In this document: positions 45,481 to 54,657 of the stretch, piece by piece
Layout of the letters: each line of letters begins with the position of its first letter
Position numbering within the stretch: the first letter of the stretch is position 1
Virus record (IMG/VR): IMGVR_UViG_3300025971_000014
Span: 1 to 55,132 of that record
DNA from: a virus
Taxonomy: Duplodnaviria > Caudoviricetes
Length of the DNA stretch: 55,132 nucleotides
Reading direction: 5' to 3' (one strand)
Notes under the pieces: model-generated
Seen by the model: the letters and a program-made list of their open reading frames with translations, nothing else
The model's database searches: none
What the model was told of the DNA's origin: nothing
Program-made: the position numbers and the translations under genes

Positions 45481-46279
45481 AATGCCCGATACCCCGGAGT
45501 CGTTGTTCCTCGAAAGCACGCCAACAAGCGCCATCACGCATTTCAGAAACGCTCCACTGGTTCGCCGCGAGGAGTTCCATGAATAACTGCCGCGAATCCA
45601 TCGATGCGCTCGTATCGGGTGTTTCAATCATCGTCAGATCGCTCAAGCCGTACCACTGTGCGGCGCACCGATGAGTGCAGAACACCGGGATGCCAGCGAG
45701 CAACGCCTCTACCGCCGCACAGCTCATCGACGTCACGAGGGCGTGCGCCCCGACCAAATCCTTCTGCAAAGGGATCGTGCTCCCTTTTCTTCGAACCCTG
45801 ATCTCTCGATCAGTGAACTTGCGCAGAGCGGCCGCCGCATCGGCTTCCCAATCGCCCTCATACCCCGCGCATATCTTCGTGAATTCCGCAGACTGCGGGC
45901 ACACAAGCACGTGATCCCCGCCCTTCCGCCAGGGTTGGATTGTGAGGCCCAACGCCTTAAAGCGTTTCGGTCCCTCATCGTTCCACACCGCGTTCATCGC
46001 ATCGCATTGAAGTGCATTCCTCGTCACCCTGAAGTAGCGTTCGCGCGTCGAATCGAAATATCCATTATCGATGTAAAACCAACCCCTCTTTTCTGCCTTC
46101 GCCTGTTCCCAGAGCGCGAGCCAAGCCGGTCGAACTCCGTAAAATGCAGCGTCCCCATCAAGAAGGCGCGGCTCCGTCACGCTGGCAACCTTACCGCAGC
46201 AGCCCGCGGCGAAGGCGCGCATGATCTCAACCGACTTTTTCTTCGAGCCCAGTTCGTAGCAAGTTATGGAACGGCTCAC
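45470..46279 (-). CDS. Putative glycosyltransferase (capsule-synthesis KpsC/KpsS-like fold)
   Basis: YIDNGYF, HVLVCPQS, VTSMSCAAVEALLAGIPVF, QWS..E. Confidence 0.68.
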   Translation of the reverse strand: MSRSITCYELGSKKKSVEIMRAFAAGCCGKVASVTEPRLLDGDAAFYGVRPAWLALWEQAKAEKRGWFYIDNGYFDSTRERYFRVTRNALQCDAMNAVWNDEGPKRFKALGLTIQPWRKGGDHVLVCPQSAEFTKICAGYEGDWEADAAAALRKFTDREIRVRRKGSTIPLQKDLVGAHALVTSMSCAAVEALLAGIPVFCTHRCAAQWYGLSDLTMIETPDTSASMDSRQLFMELLAANQWSVSEMRDGACWRAFEEQRLRGIGHYGR

Positions 46280-47057
46280 CCGATTCGATCTCTCTCAGAC
46301 TCCATTGCGACCACGCCATCCGCTCGAATGCGGGCTCACGCTCCGGGTGAAGAGGTTTCTCGACGTACCCGGCTGATGCCGCTGATTTTAATATCCAAAA
46401 TGGGGCCATGCAAAAAACCGGGATGCCTTCGATCAGAGCATGAATCCCCGCACCAGAAGACCAGATAAAAACCACCCATGCGTTTTGAAGGTCGGCAGCG
46501 AGCGGACGTTTCGGTGCTGAGTTCCCAGGATGCCGCCTCACGACGACCGGGCGTGCCGTCAACTTCCTAATCTGGGCCGCCGCCGTATCGGCCCAGTCGA
46601 CAGGCATTATCTGTTCTCCAACACCAAAGGAACGATTCGGACAAACCAAAACGTGCTCGCCCGCCCGCCGCCAATCCTTTAATTTTACCCCAAGCGCGGC
46701 GAATCGTTCAGGCCCGCCGTTCGGCCATTGTCCTCTCCCGTTATTCCAGCCCCACGCAAGGGAGTAGTAATGCTCCGGCTTCGGGCCGCCGGGATGGACA
46801 TCGAACTTAGGAATCGTGCCGCCAACCCCGAGGTAGCCATTCTCCGCGACCAGGACTCGCCCGCCGCCACGTTCAAAGCGCGTCGCGACCTCGTGCTGAT
46901 ATCCGTATCTGTTCCACGTCAGTAGCAGATCGCCCGGAGCGCCGTGAGTCGGTGCGTCATGGATGACTTCGTATCCGACCGCTTTCAGTCCAGAAGCAAA
47001 AGCTTCACGCCGGTAGTGCGGCGCTTGTCTGATCAGAGAATATGCCCGCTTCCCCAT
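46227..47057 (-). CDS. Putative glycosyltransferase (KpsC/KpsS-like fold), paralogue
   Basis: AENGYL, HVLVCP, RRHPG, WSS.AGI.ALIEGIPVF, QWS..EI. Confidence 0.7.
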   Translation of the reverse strand: MGKRAYSLIRQAPHYRREAFASGLKAVGYEVIHDAPTHGAPGDLLLTWNRYGYQHEVATRFERGGGRVLVAENGYLGVGGTIPKFDVHPGGPKPEHYYSLAWGWNNGRGQWPNGGPERFAALGVKLKDWRRAGEHVLVCPNRSFGVGEQIMPVDWADTAAAQIRKLTARPVVVRRHPGNSAPKRPLAADLQNAWVVFIWSSGAGIHALIEGIPVFCMAPFWILKSAASAGYVEKPLHPEREPAFERMAWSQWSLREIESGEPFHNLLRTGLEEKVG

Positions 47058-47706
47058 TCAACGCCTCCGCGAGGCTCATCTTCTTGAACGCTTCTATCGC
47101 GCTGCCCGGCGAGCAGTTGATGATCTCGATCCCGAGCTTCTTCGCGCCCGACTCCGCGAAACTGTAGCGCGAGATGACGGCCTTGTAGGGCGGCTCGCTA
47201 CCGTCGGGATGGTTGCCGAACCAATGCTTTTGTTCTCCCGATCCGCGCTTGCAATCATACCCGAGGAGCAGGATGCGCTTCGCACCGGATAACACCACGA
47301 TATTCAACGTCTGGTAACCCGAATGAGATCCGGTGACGATCTTCGTAGGATCAGCACTCAGGCCGCAATTGTTGTCCCCAGGCCCCGCGTTCTTCAGGAC
47401 GTGAACTGCAGGATCTGAAATCGCGCTCACGTTCGAGGTAATGCTGCACTTCTGCCCCGCGAAGGCTTTGAACTCCGGCTTCTCGCAGTGCCATTTCCAC
47501 CATTTAGGATCGGCAAAATAGCAGAGGTCGGCCCACGGCGCCATCAAGTAGCAGTCATTCACTACCGCGACCTTGAAGCCAGCTGCCCTCACCGCCTCGC
47601 ATTGTTCCCTCGTAAGACTCGGCCCCGATGCGATGCAGACCGCAGTTTGGCCTTCCCACGCCCGCGTTACGCGCGAGATGCCATTCACCTTCTCCAGCAG
47701 CATCAC
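47005..47706 (-). CDS. DUF115/Maf-like or sialyltransferase-like glycosyltransferase
   Basis: CIASGPSL, VVND, D.KWW, SGYQ.L..GAKRILLLGYD, IINCSP.S. Confidence 0.7.
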   Translation of the reverse strand: MMLLEKVNGISRVTRAWEGQTAVCIASGPSLTREQCEAVRAAGFKVAVVNDCYLMAPWADLCYFADPKWWKWHCEKPEFKAFAGQKCSITSNVSAISDPAVHVLKNAGPGDNNCGLSADPTKIVTGSHSGYQTLNIVVLSGAKRILLLGYDCKRGSGEQKHWFGNHPDGSEPPYKAVISRYSFAESGAKKLGIEIINCSPGSAIEAFKKMSLAEALNGEAGIFSDQTSAALPA

Positions 47707-48302
47707 GCGAACTCGGTCTTCACCCTCAAATTATCAAGCAACCCCACCGCGAACTCGCGCGGGATCTCGGTCATGTTTGAGGGAATCAGAAGCTCGCGAT
47801 TTTCATACTTAGTCGAGACAACCGCCATGACGTATTCCCGGACCCGGATCGGCATGTTCTTCGGCGCGGCGTAACCAGCGGTGAAAGCAATTCTAACGGC
47901 GCCGACAACAGCTCTGGTCACCGGCCATGTCCCGTTGTAGAGCGGGGTCAATCTTCCGGGATACGACCCCGTGTCCACGAGGAAAGCATCCGGGCTCCCG
48001 CTCAAGACCTGATCAGTGCCGTCGTTGTCCGTGTAAGTGATTGAGTCCACTGTGATGAGTGGCGGATAGGGTATTTCTATCGGTTCATCGTCGGCGGGGA
48101 ACTCATCCATAACGAGTTGAAACGATCTCCGCGCGAAGCACCGCCCGGTGATATCCTCGGCTTTCTCGCGCGCCGATTTGATCAGTAGCAGGAGCATCGC
48201 GTCCTGAGTCGTGTCGTCGGAATCGACACGCGCCCAAAGACGGGCCTCGGCCAACGTCACAGGTTCAACCAACGGAGGCGCGAGTTCTAGGACGTATCTC
48301 AT
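47703..48302 (-). CDS. Head-tail adaptor (HK97 gp6/phiE125 gp8-like)
   Basis: EPVTLAEA..RVD..D..I.SARE.AE..TGR, AVRI.FTAGY, YENRE; 1 GSP. Confidence 0.9.
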   Translation of the reverse strand: MRYVLELAPPLVEPVTLAEARLWARVDSDDTTQDAMLLLLIKSAREKAEDITGRCFARRSFQLVMDEFPADDEPIEIPYPPLITVDSITYTDNDGTDQVLSGSPDAFLVDTGSYPGRLTPLYNGTWPVTRAVVGAVRIAFTAGYAAPKNMPIRVREYVMAVVSTKYENRELLIPSNMTEIPREFAVGLLDNLRVKTEFA

Positions 48303-49276
48303 TTGAGTTTCACGACACTCGCCGGCGCGTTGCTCGACTCAACCCGTGCAGACTTGCCGGGTTCACCGTGCTTCACAGCTAGGACCCAGTCAGGAGAACC
48401 GTGGCCCGGGGCCGCGTTGGTCTTGTCGGCGGCGCAATACCACTGCGAACCGTTCCAGGTGACTTGGTCGCCCTTGGTGTATTCGACATCGGACTTGTAG
48501 AGACCACGGTAGATGACCGACCGACCGATGCGGGTTGCTTTCCTCACCTTCCCGCTCGCCCAGATCGTCACCTTCTCGATACGTCTGCCGTCCTCAAGAT
48601 GCTCCTCGATCTCGTCCCAGACCCCGTCCATCGCACAAGCCCAACCGGCGGTAGCAAGAGTCGTCGGTCCCAACGTCTCCGGAAAAGGATCGGTCGCCCG
48701 AACAGCGCAGAACGTCCCGCCACGGAAGCAGGCCCAAGTCCCGCGCGGGTAACTCTTCCCGTGGTCTATCCCGTCGAGCGGCATGATCGCCAGGGCATCT
48801 CTCCCGGGTTCACCGTCCTTCCCGTCCCGACCATCTTTCGCGTCCCTTCCGTCTTTCCCGTCGCGGCCATCGGCGCCGTCTTTTCCATGCTCGCCTCGGT
48901 CTCCGGGTTTACCATCTTTCCCGTCGATCCCGTCCTTCCCATCCTTGCCGTTGATCCCGTCCTTGCCGGCTTCACCGGGATTGCCGTCCTTCCCATCCTT
49001 CGGGATCGGGATCGTAGAGACCGACCGCGCGATTTCGTTCTCGATCGCGGTCATCACGACCGTCATATCGGCGTCGCGTCCGTCTTTCCCTTCTGCTCCC
49101 GCCTTGCCTTGGATTCCTTCGGGGCCTGGATCGCCCTTCTCGCCCTTCGCGGGCGCGGGCAAGGCTTTGATCTGGGCTTCGAGTCCGGACACCCGCAGGG
49201 CGAGCGCGTCGAAGGCTTTCCGGACGTAGCCCTCGACAGACTTATAGAGCTCTTCTACTAGATTGGGTTGAGCCAT
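48299..49276 (-). CDS. Collagen-like (Gly-X-Y) virion protein with C-terminal CBM-like repeats
   Basis: Two Gly-X-Y runs (about 8 and 22 triplets, GKD/GRD rich), YTKGDQVTWNGSQW; 1 GSP. Confidence 0.85.
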   Translation of the reverse strand: MAQPNLVEELYKSVEGYVRKAFDALALRVSGLEAQIKALPAPAKGEKGDPGPEGIQGKAGAEGKDGRDADMTVVMTAIENEIARSVSTIPIPKDGKDGNPGEAGKDGINGKDGKDGIDGKDGKPGDRGEHGKDGADGRDGKDGRDAKDGRDGKDGEPGRDALAIMPLDGIDHGKSYPRGTWACFRGGTFCAVRATDPFPETLGPTTLATAGWACAMDGVWDEIEEHLEDGRRIEKVTIWASGKVRKATRIGRSVIYRGLYKSDVEYTKGDQVTWNGSQWYCAADKTNAAPGHGSPDWVLAVKHGEPGKSARVESSNAPASVVKLK

Positions 49277-50640
49277 GTCGGCCCCCGATTGAATTTAGCG
49301 ACCGCAGATTCAAGCGAGGCGGTCATCTCCGCGTCCTCATCTTCTTCGTTCGCGGGCGCGGAGGCTGGAGGCGGTGGAGCAACTTTAGATTCGTCAGGCA
49401 GCTTGCGATCAACGAATGCTGAAAGCGGATAATCTTGATGCTGTAAGAAAGGAGTTTCGCCGCCGTTTACGGGTCGCAGATTTTCATCTGCACGCGCTTC
49501 ATTGGGAGCCAGGAAACCTCCTCTGACACCGATTTGGTTTTTCTCAAAGCGTGTTTTAGGATCCATCCGCAGGAGCTCATCGACATCGATCCGGACGCGC
49601 ACATCGTTTCGGAGTGCAAGTCCCTCTTTCAGCAATTCTTCCATAGCCTCGATATATGGATGAAGAACCCTGTTGTAATATTCTTGATTCATCGCGGCGT
49701 CGATTTTGACGTCCTTCTGGGCGGCGATCTTATAGAGTGGCACTCCATAAGCTCTTGCAACATCCTCCACCGTCCAGCCGAGTTGTTCAATCAATTGCGC
49801 CTGATCTGCGGGCATGGTGAAGGGCTCGTACTTCAAACCACTACCCGTCACCAGGAGTTTCCCGATGTTCGCCCCCGCGAAGCCCTTATCAAACTGGTCC
49901 TTCATCCGCGCCATCGTCGCCTCATCGATCATCCCGGGCGCGGTCAGGTGTCCGGAAGGTCTGGACATGTTCTCGAAGAACTTGGAGGAGTTGGTCTGGA
50001 TGCGGCTGGCCTGGGTGGTTGACATCGCGGCTGCCCATAGGGGAGGAACCCCGATGAGAGGATGGAAGAAACATTTGCCTCGATCGTGAATGATCTCGGA
50101 AGCGGGAACGGAGACTTTGCCGGCAGGAACGCCGGCGAGCCAGTCCTCCTGAAGCTGGTAGAACACTTCCCCGTCGGGAGCGACGAGCGGGGTGACCCGC
50201 TGGGAGTCGATGACGTACATAGCCACCACGACACCGCGGTCATCCCTTTCTTTCAGGACGTAGGTATTTCCCCAGATGAGTTTGGCAAGAAGCCACTGCT
50301 CGACGAACTGCATCCGCGTCTGATAGCGGTTCGGCTTTCTCAAAACTGGGGAGAACGCGGGCGACTCGAATTCGCCCCAAATCCCGTTCCCTTGTCTTTG
50401 CTCGAGGAGCATCCCGAGCTTAGCGATGTCCCCAGAGATGAGGGAATTACAGGCATAGACCGCGGAGAACGAAAGCAGGTTCTGCGTGGAGTCGAGGACA
50501 AGATTGCGCTGCCACATCCCACCGAAGGCTTCGGTGATCCAGCCCCAACTGCTCGGAACGCGCAGCAGAGGGGTCATCGGCGTAACGAGGTTGGTATCTC
50601 CCTGCTTCGTGAACGGAATCCGGATACCGAAGAGCTTCAA
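49258..50640 (-). CDS. Portal protein, HK97 family
   Basis: SAVYAC..I..DIAKL, KPNRYQT, GNTY, EIIH, VARAYGVP, PNEAR..ENL.P..GG. Confidence 0.95.
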   Translation of the reverse strand: MKLFGIRIPFTKQGDTNLVTPMTPLLRVPSSWGWITEAFGGMWQRNLVLDSTQNLLSFSAVYACNSLISGDIAKLGMLLEQRQGNGIWGEFESPAFSPVLRKPNRYQTRMQFVEQWLLAKLIWGNTYVLKERDDRGVVVAMYVIDSQRVTPLVAPDGEVFYQLQEDWLAGVPAGKVSVPASEIIHDRGKCFFHPLIGVPPLWAAAMSTTQASRIQTNSSKFFENMSRPSGHLTAPGMIDEATMARMKDQFDKGFAGANIGKLLVTGSGLKYEPFTMPADQAQLIEQLGWTVEDVARAYGVPLYKIAAQKDVKIDAAMNQEYYNRVLHPYIEAMEELLKEGLALRNDVRVRIDVDELLRMDPKTRFEKNQIGVRGGFLAPNEARADENLRPVNGGETPFLQHQDYPLSAFVDRKLPDESKVAPPPPASAPANEEDEDAEMTASLESAVAKFNRGPTWLNPI

Positions 50641-50849
50641 TGCGCTGCCCTCGCGCGTCGGCGAGTCTTATTCTCTGCGGTCATCACCCGCGTCAAGTAG
50701 GACTGACCCCTATCGGAAGCCTCCGCGACGTGAGCGTGACCTATCGTCTTGAAGAGCTCGACGTGCTCCTCATCGGCATCGAACTCCTGCCCCACCTTGA
50801 GCGGGATGCCCCTGTATGTGAATCTGACGTCTGCCACCATCTTTCGCAT
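50637..50849 (-). CDS. Small post-capsid protein
   Basis: AGGAG RBS; F.Y.G..L..G.EF..Y.TR.M.A pattern. Confidence 0.75.
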   Translation of the reverse strand: MRKMVADVRFTYRGIPLKVGQEFDADEEHVELFKTIGHAHVAEASDRGQSYLTRVMTAENKTRRRARAAH

Positions 50850-50874
50850 CGCGTTCTCCTAGAAAGCGCGCTGG

Positions 50875-50905
50875 AAAAACGCCCGGCCCCGTGAGGGGCC
50901 GAGCG
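50875..50905 (-). terminator. Intrinsic terminator after the capsid gene
   Basis: CGCTCGGCCCC-TCAC-GGGGCCGGGCG-TTTTT. Confidence 0.8.
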
Positions 50906-50915
50906 CGTGAAGTTA

Positions 50916-53054
50916 CTACCCGGTGTAGGCCGCGGCCTGAATCCAGGCGCACGCCTGGGTGCGCGCCTTGGTCCAGTTGACGTAACGCACCGCCTTGATC
51001 GCGATGGATTCCGTCTGCCACATGGAGACCAGCGAGGCCCCGGTCGCCGTCGCCGTCGATTGGATCGTGCTGCCGGTAGCGTCCATCATCTCCAGGGAGA
51101 CCTGGTCGCTTGCCTCGACCGTCGCCGCACCGTCGTCCGCCAGCAACACCTCGCCCGGGAAGATCAGGACGATGATGTTAGCGTATTGCGGTGAACCCGC
51201 GATCGTGGCTTGGCTCGAGGTGATCACGGGAATCCCGAGGATGGAGCCTCCGGTCATCGTCAACCCCGGGAACTGCGGGTTGCCGAGCGAGGTGACCATC
51301 AACGAGAGGGCTTGGGCTGTGACCTCCGACATCACCAGCACCGCACCGGCCATCGAGAGATTCGCGGCCAAGGCGGTGGAGGTGAGCGACTTCCAGTCCG
51401 CGACGAACGTCGCGTAGGTAACCCCGGTCGGGGTGACTGGCGTGACCCCGTAGGTGAGGGAAGCGGGCTGGATGTTGGTCTGCCCGCCCTGGTTCGGATC
51501 GATCAGCGAGAGGTCCGCAACCGACGCGCACGCCTTCGCCAAATCGCCCCTGACCAGTGCTTCGGCGTTGGGACTCGAAACCCGCGCGAGCTCCTTGTCG
51601 ATCGCCGCGACTCCGGCGACCTTCGTGATGCCGAGCGTCGCGGTGCCCGTGGTGCCCTTGGACATCGGGATACCCTGGCCCTGGCCGACCCAGTAACCGG
51701 TGGTGCCGCCGGTCAAGCTTCCGACCCGAATGTTAAACGGGACTCGTCGCCAACCCGGGATCCTTCCGATAATGGTCATCGGTCGCAGGAAGTCGATGAA
51801 CTCCGAGGCGATGTCCTGGGCGTAGGCGAGTTGCGAGGCCCAACCCGAGGTCGTAGTATCCGCCGCGGCGATCTCGTTCGCCTTCAGCACGATCGCGACC
51901 TCCGGCGCGGTGTCCATCCACCGCGGGACGCTCCGGTAGTACTCCTCCGGCGTGTAGCCTTTCTTCTCCAGGTGAGCTCTGGCGACGCACATCGCCGCCC
52001 GCGCGAACCTGATCCCGGGTTCGAGCTTGGTAGTGACTCGCACCCCGGCCCCGAAAGGAACCCTGGCCTTTGAACCCGACTCCGCATCCATGCCGGCCTG
52101 CGGTTGGATCGGCTGCGCCTTCTCGATGTTCAACGCTTCCAGGTCGCGCATCCTCTTGAGCTGCGCGTCGATGGTCTCGACTTCGGCCTTCAGGCCGTCG
52201 AACTCTTTCTGCTGCTCCTCACCGAGCGACTCGCCCTTCGTAGTTGAGTCCTCCATGAGTTTGTTCATCGCGGAGACGTTCGCGGCCCGCTTGGCCTCGT
52301 ACGATGCGATATTTTCCTTGATGGTAGGCATTTGCTTGCTCCTCAGTTTCACGGTTGCGGCCGCAGCGCCGGCCTGTGGTCTCTCCAGCTTGACCGGGGC
52401 TGCCGTCTTCGCGCGTAGCGCCGCGCTCAGGCTCTCCCGGTCGATGCTCTTGATCGTGTTAATCGTTGCGTCCATGTTCGCCGGTATCGTCACGGCAGAA
52501 AGTTCAAACCATTCCCATGAGGTGAACCTCTGACCGCCCCACGGCTCCTTCGGGTTCAGAGGTTCCATCCCGTCCTTCGCAGGCATGAAGCCGATCGAAA
52601 GACCTCTGACGAGGCCGTGCTTCACAGATTGCCAGGCTTCATCGAGCCGGTCCTTTAATTTCCCTGCTTCGGAGATTTTCGCGAACCGGGCCTGAATCTG
52701 TATCCCGTCATTGGTGACCGAAGCTTTCACGACGTGGCCGATAGGCTCCGAAGAACGGTGCTGCCAAAGTAGGGGGAGGGGAAGCTTGAACTGCGCGCCC
52801 CGGGGTTCGACGATGTCCCCGACGCGGTCGGTCGTGGGAGTGGTCGCGATGCCCTCGATTAACCGCTGGTCCTCGTCCAAATTCTTGACGACGAACGCGG
52901 AGTAGGCGCGGCGCATCGACTTACTGGAATCCCACTGGGATTCGCACATCGCATTCCGTTGATCTGGATCGCTCACTTCTCCCGACATCTCGGAGTGACA
53001 CCTTGAGATGAAATCGTCGTGGCTCTCGCCGTCGTGCGGTTTGGGCATCGGCAT
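50916..53054 (-). CDS. Prohead protease-major capsid fusion (HK97 fold)
   Basis: LLWQH, GLSIGF, ELSAVTIPAN protease motifs, coiled-coil delta domain, WVGQG..P capsid motif; 1 GSP. Confidence 0.93.
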   Translation of the reverse strand: MPMPKPHDGESHDDFISRCHSEMSGEVSDPDQRNAMCESQWDSSKSMRRAYSAFVVKNLDEDQRLIEGIATTPTTDRVGDIVEPRGAQFKLPLPLLWQHRSSEPIGHVVKASVTNDGIQIQARFAKISEAGKLKDRLDEAWQSVKHGLVRGLSIGFMPAKDGMEPLNPKEPWGGQRFTSWEWFELSAVTIPANMDATINTIKSIDRESLSAALRAKTAAPVKLERPQAGAAAATVKLRSKQMPTIKENIASYEAKRAANVSAMNKLMEDSTTKGESLGEEQQKEFDGLKAEVETIDAQLKRMRDLEALNIEKAQPIQPQAGMDAESGSKARVPFGAGVRVTTKLEPGIRFARAAMCVARAHLEKKGYTPEEYYRSVPRWMDTAPEVAIVLKANEIAAADTTTSGWASQLAYAQDIASEFIDFLRPMTIIGRIPGWRRVPFNIRVGSLTGGTTGYWVGQGQGIPMSKGTTGTATLGITKVAGVAAIDKELARVSSPNAEALVRGDLAKACASVADLSLIDPNQGGQTNIQPASLTYGVTPVTPTGVTYATFVADWKSLTSTALAANLSMAGAVLVMSEVTAQALSLMVTSLGNPQFPGLTMTGGSILGIPVITSSQATIAGSPQYANIIVLIFPGEVLLADDGAATVEASDQVSLEMMDATGSTIQSTATATGASLVSMWQTESIAIKAVRYVNWTKARTQACAWIQAAAYTG

Positions 53055-53066
53055 ATTCGGTCTCCA

Positions 53067-54587
53067 TCAACCAAGCATCATGACTTGGAACTTCTGCTCC
53101 TCCGGCGTCGCCGGAATCACGCCCTCGGCCATAGCCAGGGCTACCATTCCATCAATTCGTCCTGTCGACCGCCCCTTGACGAACTTCCGGTTGCCCGCCG
53201 GGTCGGTCGTGATCGTCGCGTTCGAGGAGCACATCGTCAGGACGGGGTGGTTCCCGTGGCGGTATTTCTTCGCCAAGAGTTTTGACTCCATCGCCCTCAG
53301 AGCCGGGGACATCGAGATGAACCCTTGTCCAAACTCGACGAACTTCGCGAGTTCCGCCTCGGTGAATCCGACTTTCTCCAGCCAAGGCTTTAGAAAACGC
53401 ATGTTGTAGCGGTCGAAAGCAATTGCCTGAATCTCTGTTCCGAATTCATCGAACAAGCCTCGGAGATAATCCGCGATATGCTCGTATTCCACAGCCCTTC
53501 CCGGTGTCGTAGTGAGACTCCCTTGCTTCGCCCAAATGTCGTAAGGCACGCGATCCGCAAGAGACTTCACTTCCAGACCATCGCGGGGTAGCCAGAAGGT
53601 CGAATGAATATCGCCCGCCTCGCTCAAAAGCACCAGCGCGCAAAGATCCGATACGGAGGCGAGATCGAGCCCGCCGTAGATGCGCTGGCCCTTGAGCGGT
53701 TTTGGCTCCGCTCCGTTCTCAGCCCACACATCGCGCGAGATGAAAGGATTCACGATCTCGACGCGCTGATTGAGAATCAGATTCCGATATTCCGATTCGC
53801 CACTTGGCATTCTCCGGGCAGCATCAGCCTGGTCGCGCACTTCTTTTCTATTCATGAACGCATCAAAGTGCGGATTCGCCGCGCGGATCGTCGCGTCGTC
53901 GAAAGGATTCGCGTCCAAGGAAGCCGAATATAGTCGCACTTTGATGTTCTCTTTCTTGTTCTTCAGCGCATCGTCGATCAGAACTGAGAGCAGATCGCTA
54001 TCATTCGGCGCCTGGGTCGAAATGATGAGAGAAAGCGGCTCGTCTTCTGCCCCGGCGGCGGTTTCCAACGCACTGAAGAACGCGCTCCGTGGCCCGCGGA
54101 CCTGGCCCAATTCATCGTGGACGACGAATGCCGGCGAGAGTCCGAAAGCTGTCGAAGCCTCCGCCGAGAGCGCACGGTAGATTGTGCCGAGCTCCGGACA
54201 CAGGAGTTGTTTCGCTGTATCGCGAATCACGACATAGCGATTCAACTCCTCGGACAGGCGGATCATCCGCATCGCCTGGTCGAAGGTGATCGCAGCTTGG
54301 TCGCGGGATTGCGCACCGGAATAGAGTTGGGAATTACGCCGCGCCTCCGGTCCAACAAGGTGAAGCAGAAGAAGCATCGCGACGAAGCTCGTCTTGCCGT
54401 TCTTCCTCCCCATCGACAGGATGAACGTCCGCGTCGGGGAATCGTATATCTCTGCGATCCACTGCTTCTGGTGCTTGGTCAGTTTGATCGGTTTCCCGAC
54501 CAACTCAGCCTTGCCAGATGGCACGCGCAGATATTTCTCGATCCACGCGATGTTGCGCTGCGAACGGGACGGGGTCTTCTTCGCCAT
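53067..54587 (-). CDS. terL: Terminase large subunit (frame stays open upstream to GTG 54653)
   Basis: Walker A GRKNGKT, Walker B VVHDE, nuclease GGLDLAS and RIDG. Confidence 0.96.
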   Translation of the reverse strand: MAKKTPSRSQRNIAWIEKYLRVPSGKAELVGKPIKLTKHQKQWIAEIYDSPTRTFILSMGRKNGKTSFVAMLLLLHLVGPEARRNSQLYSGAQSRDQAAITFDQAMRMIRLSEELNRYVVIRDTAKQLLCPELGTIYRALSAEASTAFGLSPAFVVHDELGQVRGPRSAFFSALETAAGAEDEPLSLIISTQAPNDSDLLSVLIDDALKNKKENIKVRLYSASLDANPFDDATIRAANPHFDAFMNRKEVRDQADAARRMPSGESEYRNLILNQRVEIVNPFISRDVWAENGAEPKPLKGQRIYGGLDLASVSDLCALVLLSEAGDIHSTFWLPRDGLEVKSLADRVPYDIWAKQGSLTTTPGRAVEYEHIADYLRGLFDEFGTEIQAIAFDRYNMRFLKPWLEKVGFTEAELAKFVEFGQGFISMSPALRAMESKLLAKKYRHGNHPVLTMCSSNATITTDPAGNRKFVKGRSTGRIDGMVALAMAEGVIPATPEEQKFQVMMLG

Positions 54588-54657
54588 CACCAGACCCCCG
54601 AAACCAACCCCGACGGCGGCGAGAGCGCCGAGCAGGAAAGACCGCCTGCGCACACCC

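Noticed and set aside
34261-47706. DNA hypermodification or Gtr-type O-antigen conversion cluster
   Set aside because: No base hydroxymethylase, nucleotide kinase, DNA polymerase, flippase or polytopic membrane transferase, and the genes sit in the late structural operon. Disfavoured, not excluded.
17473-53054. GSP motif explained as a dispersed DNA repeat or methylation site
   Set aside because: The four sites decoded use different Gly, Ser (TCA, TCT, TCG, AGC) and Pro codons, so no common nucleotide word exists.
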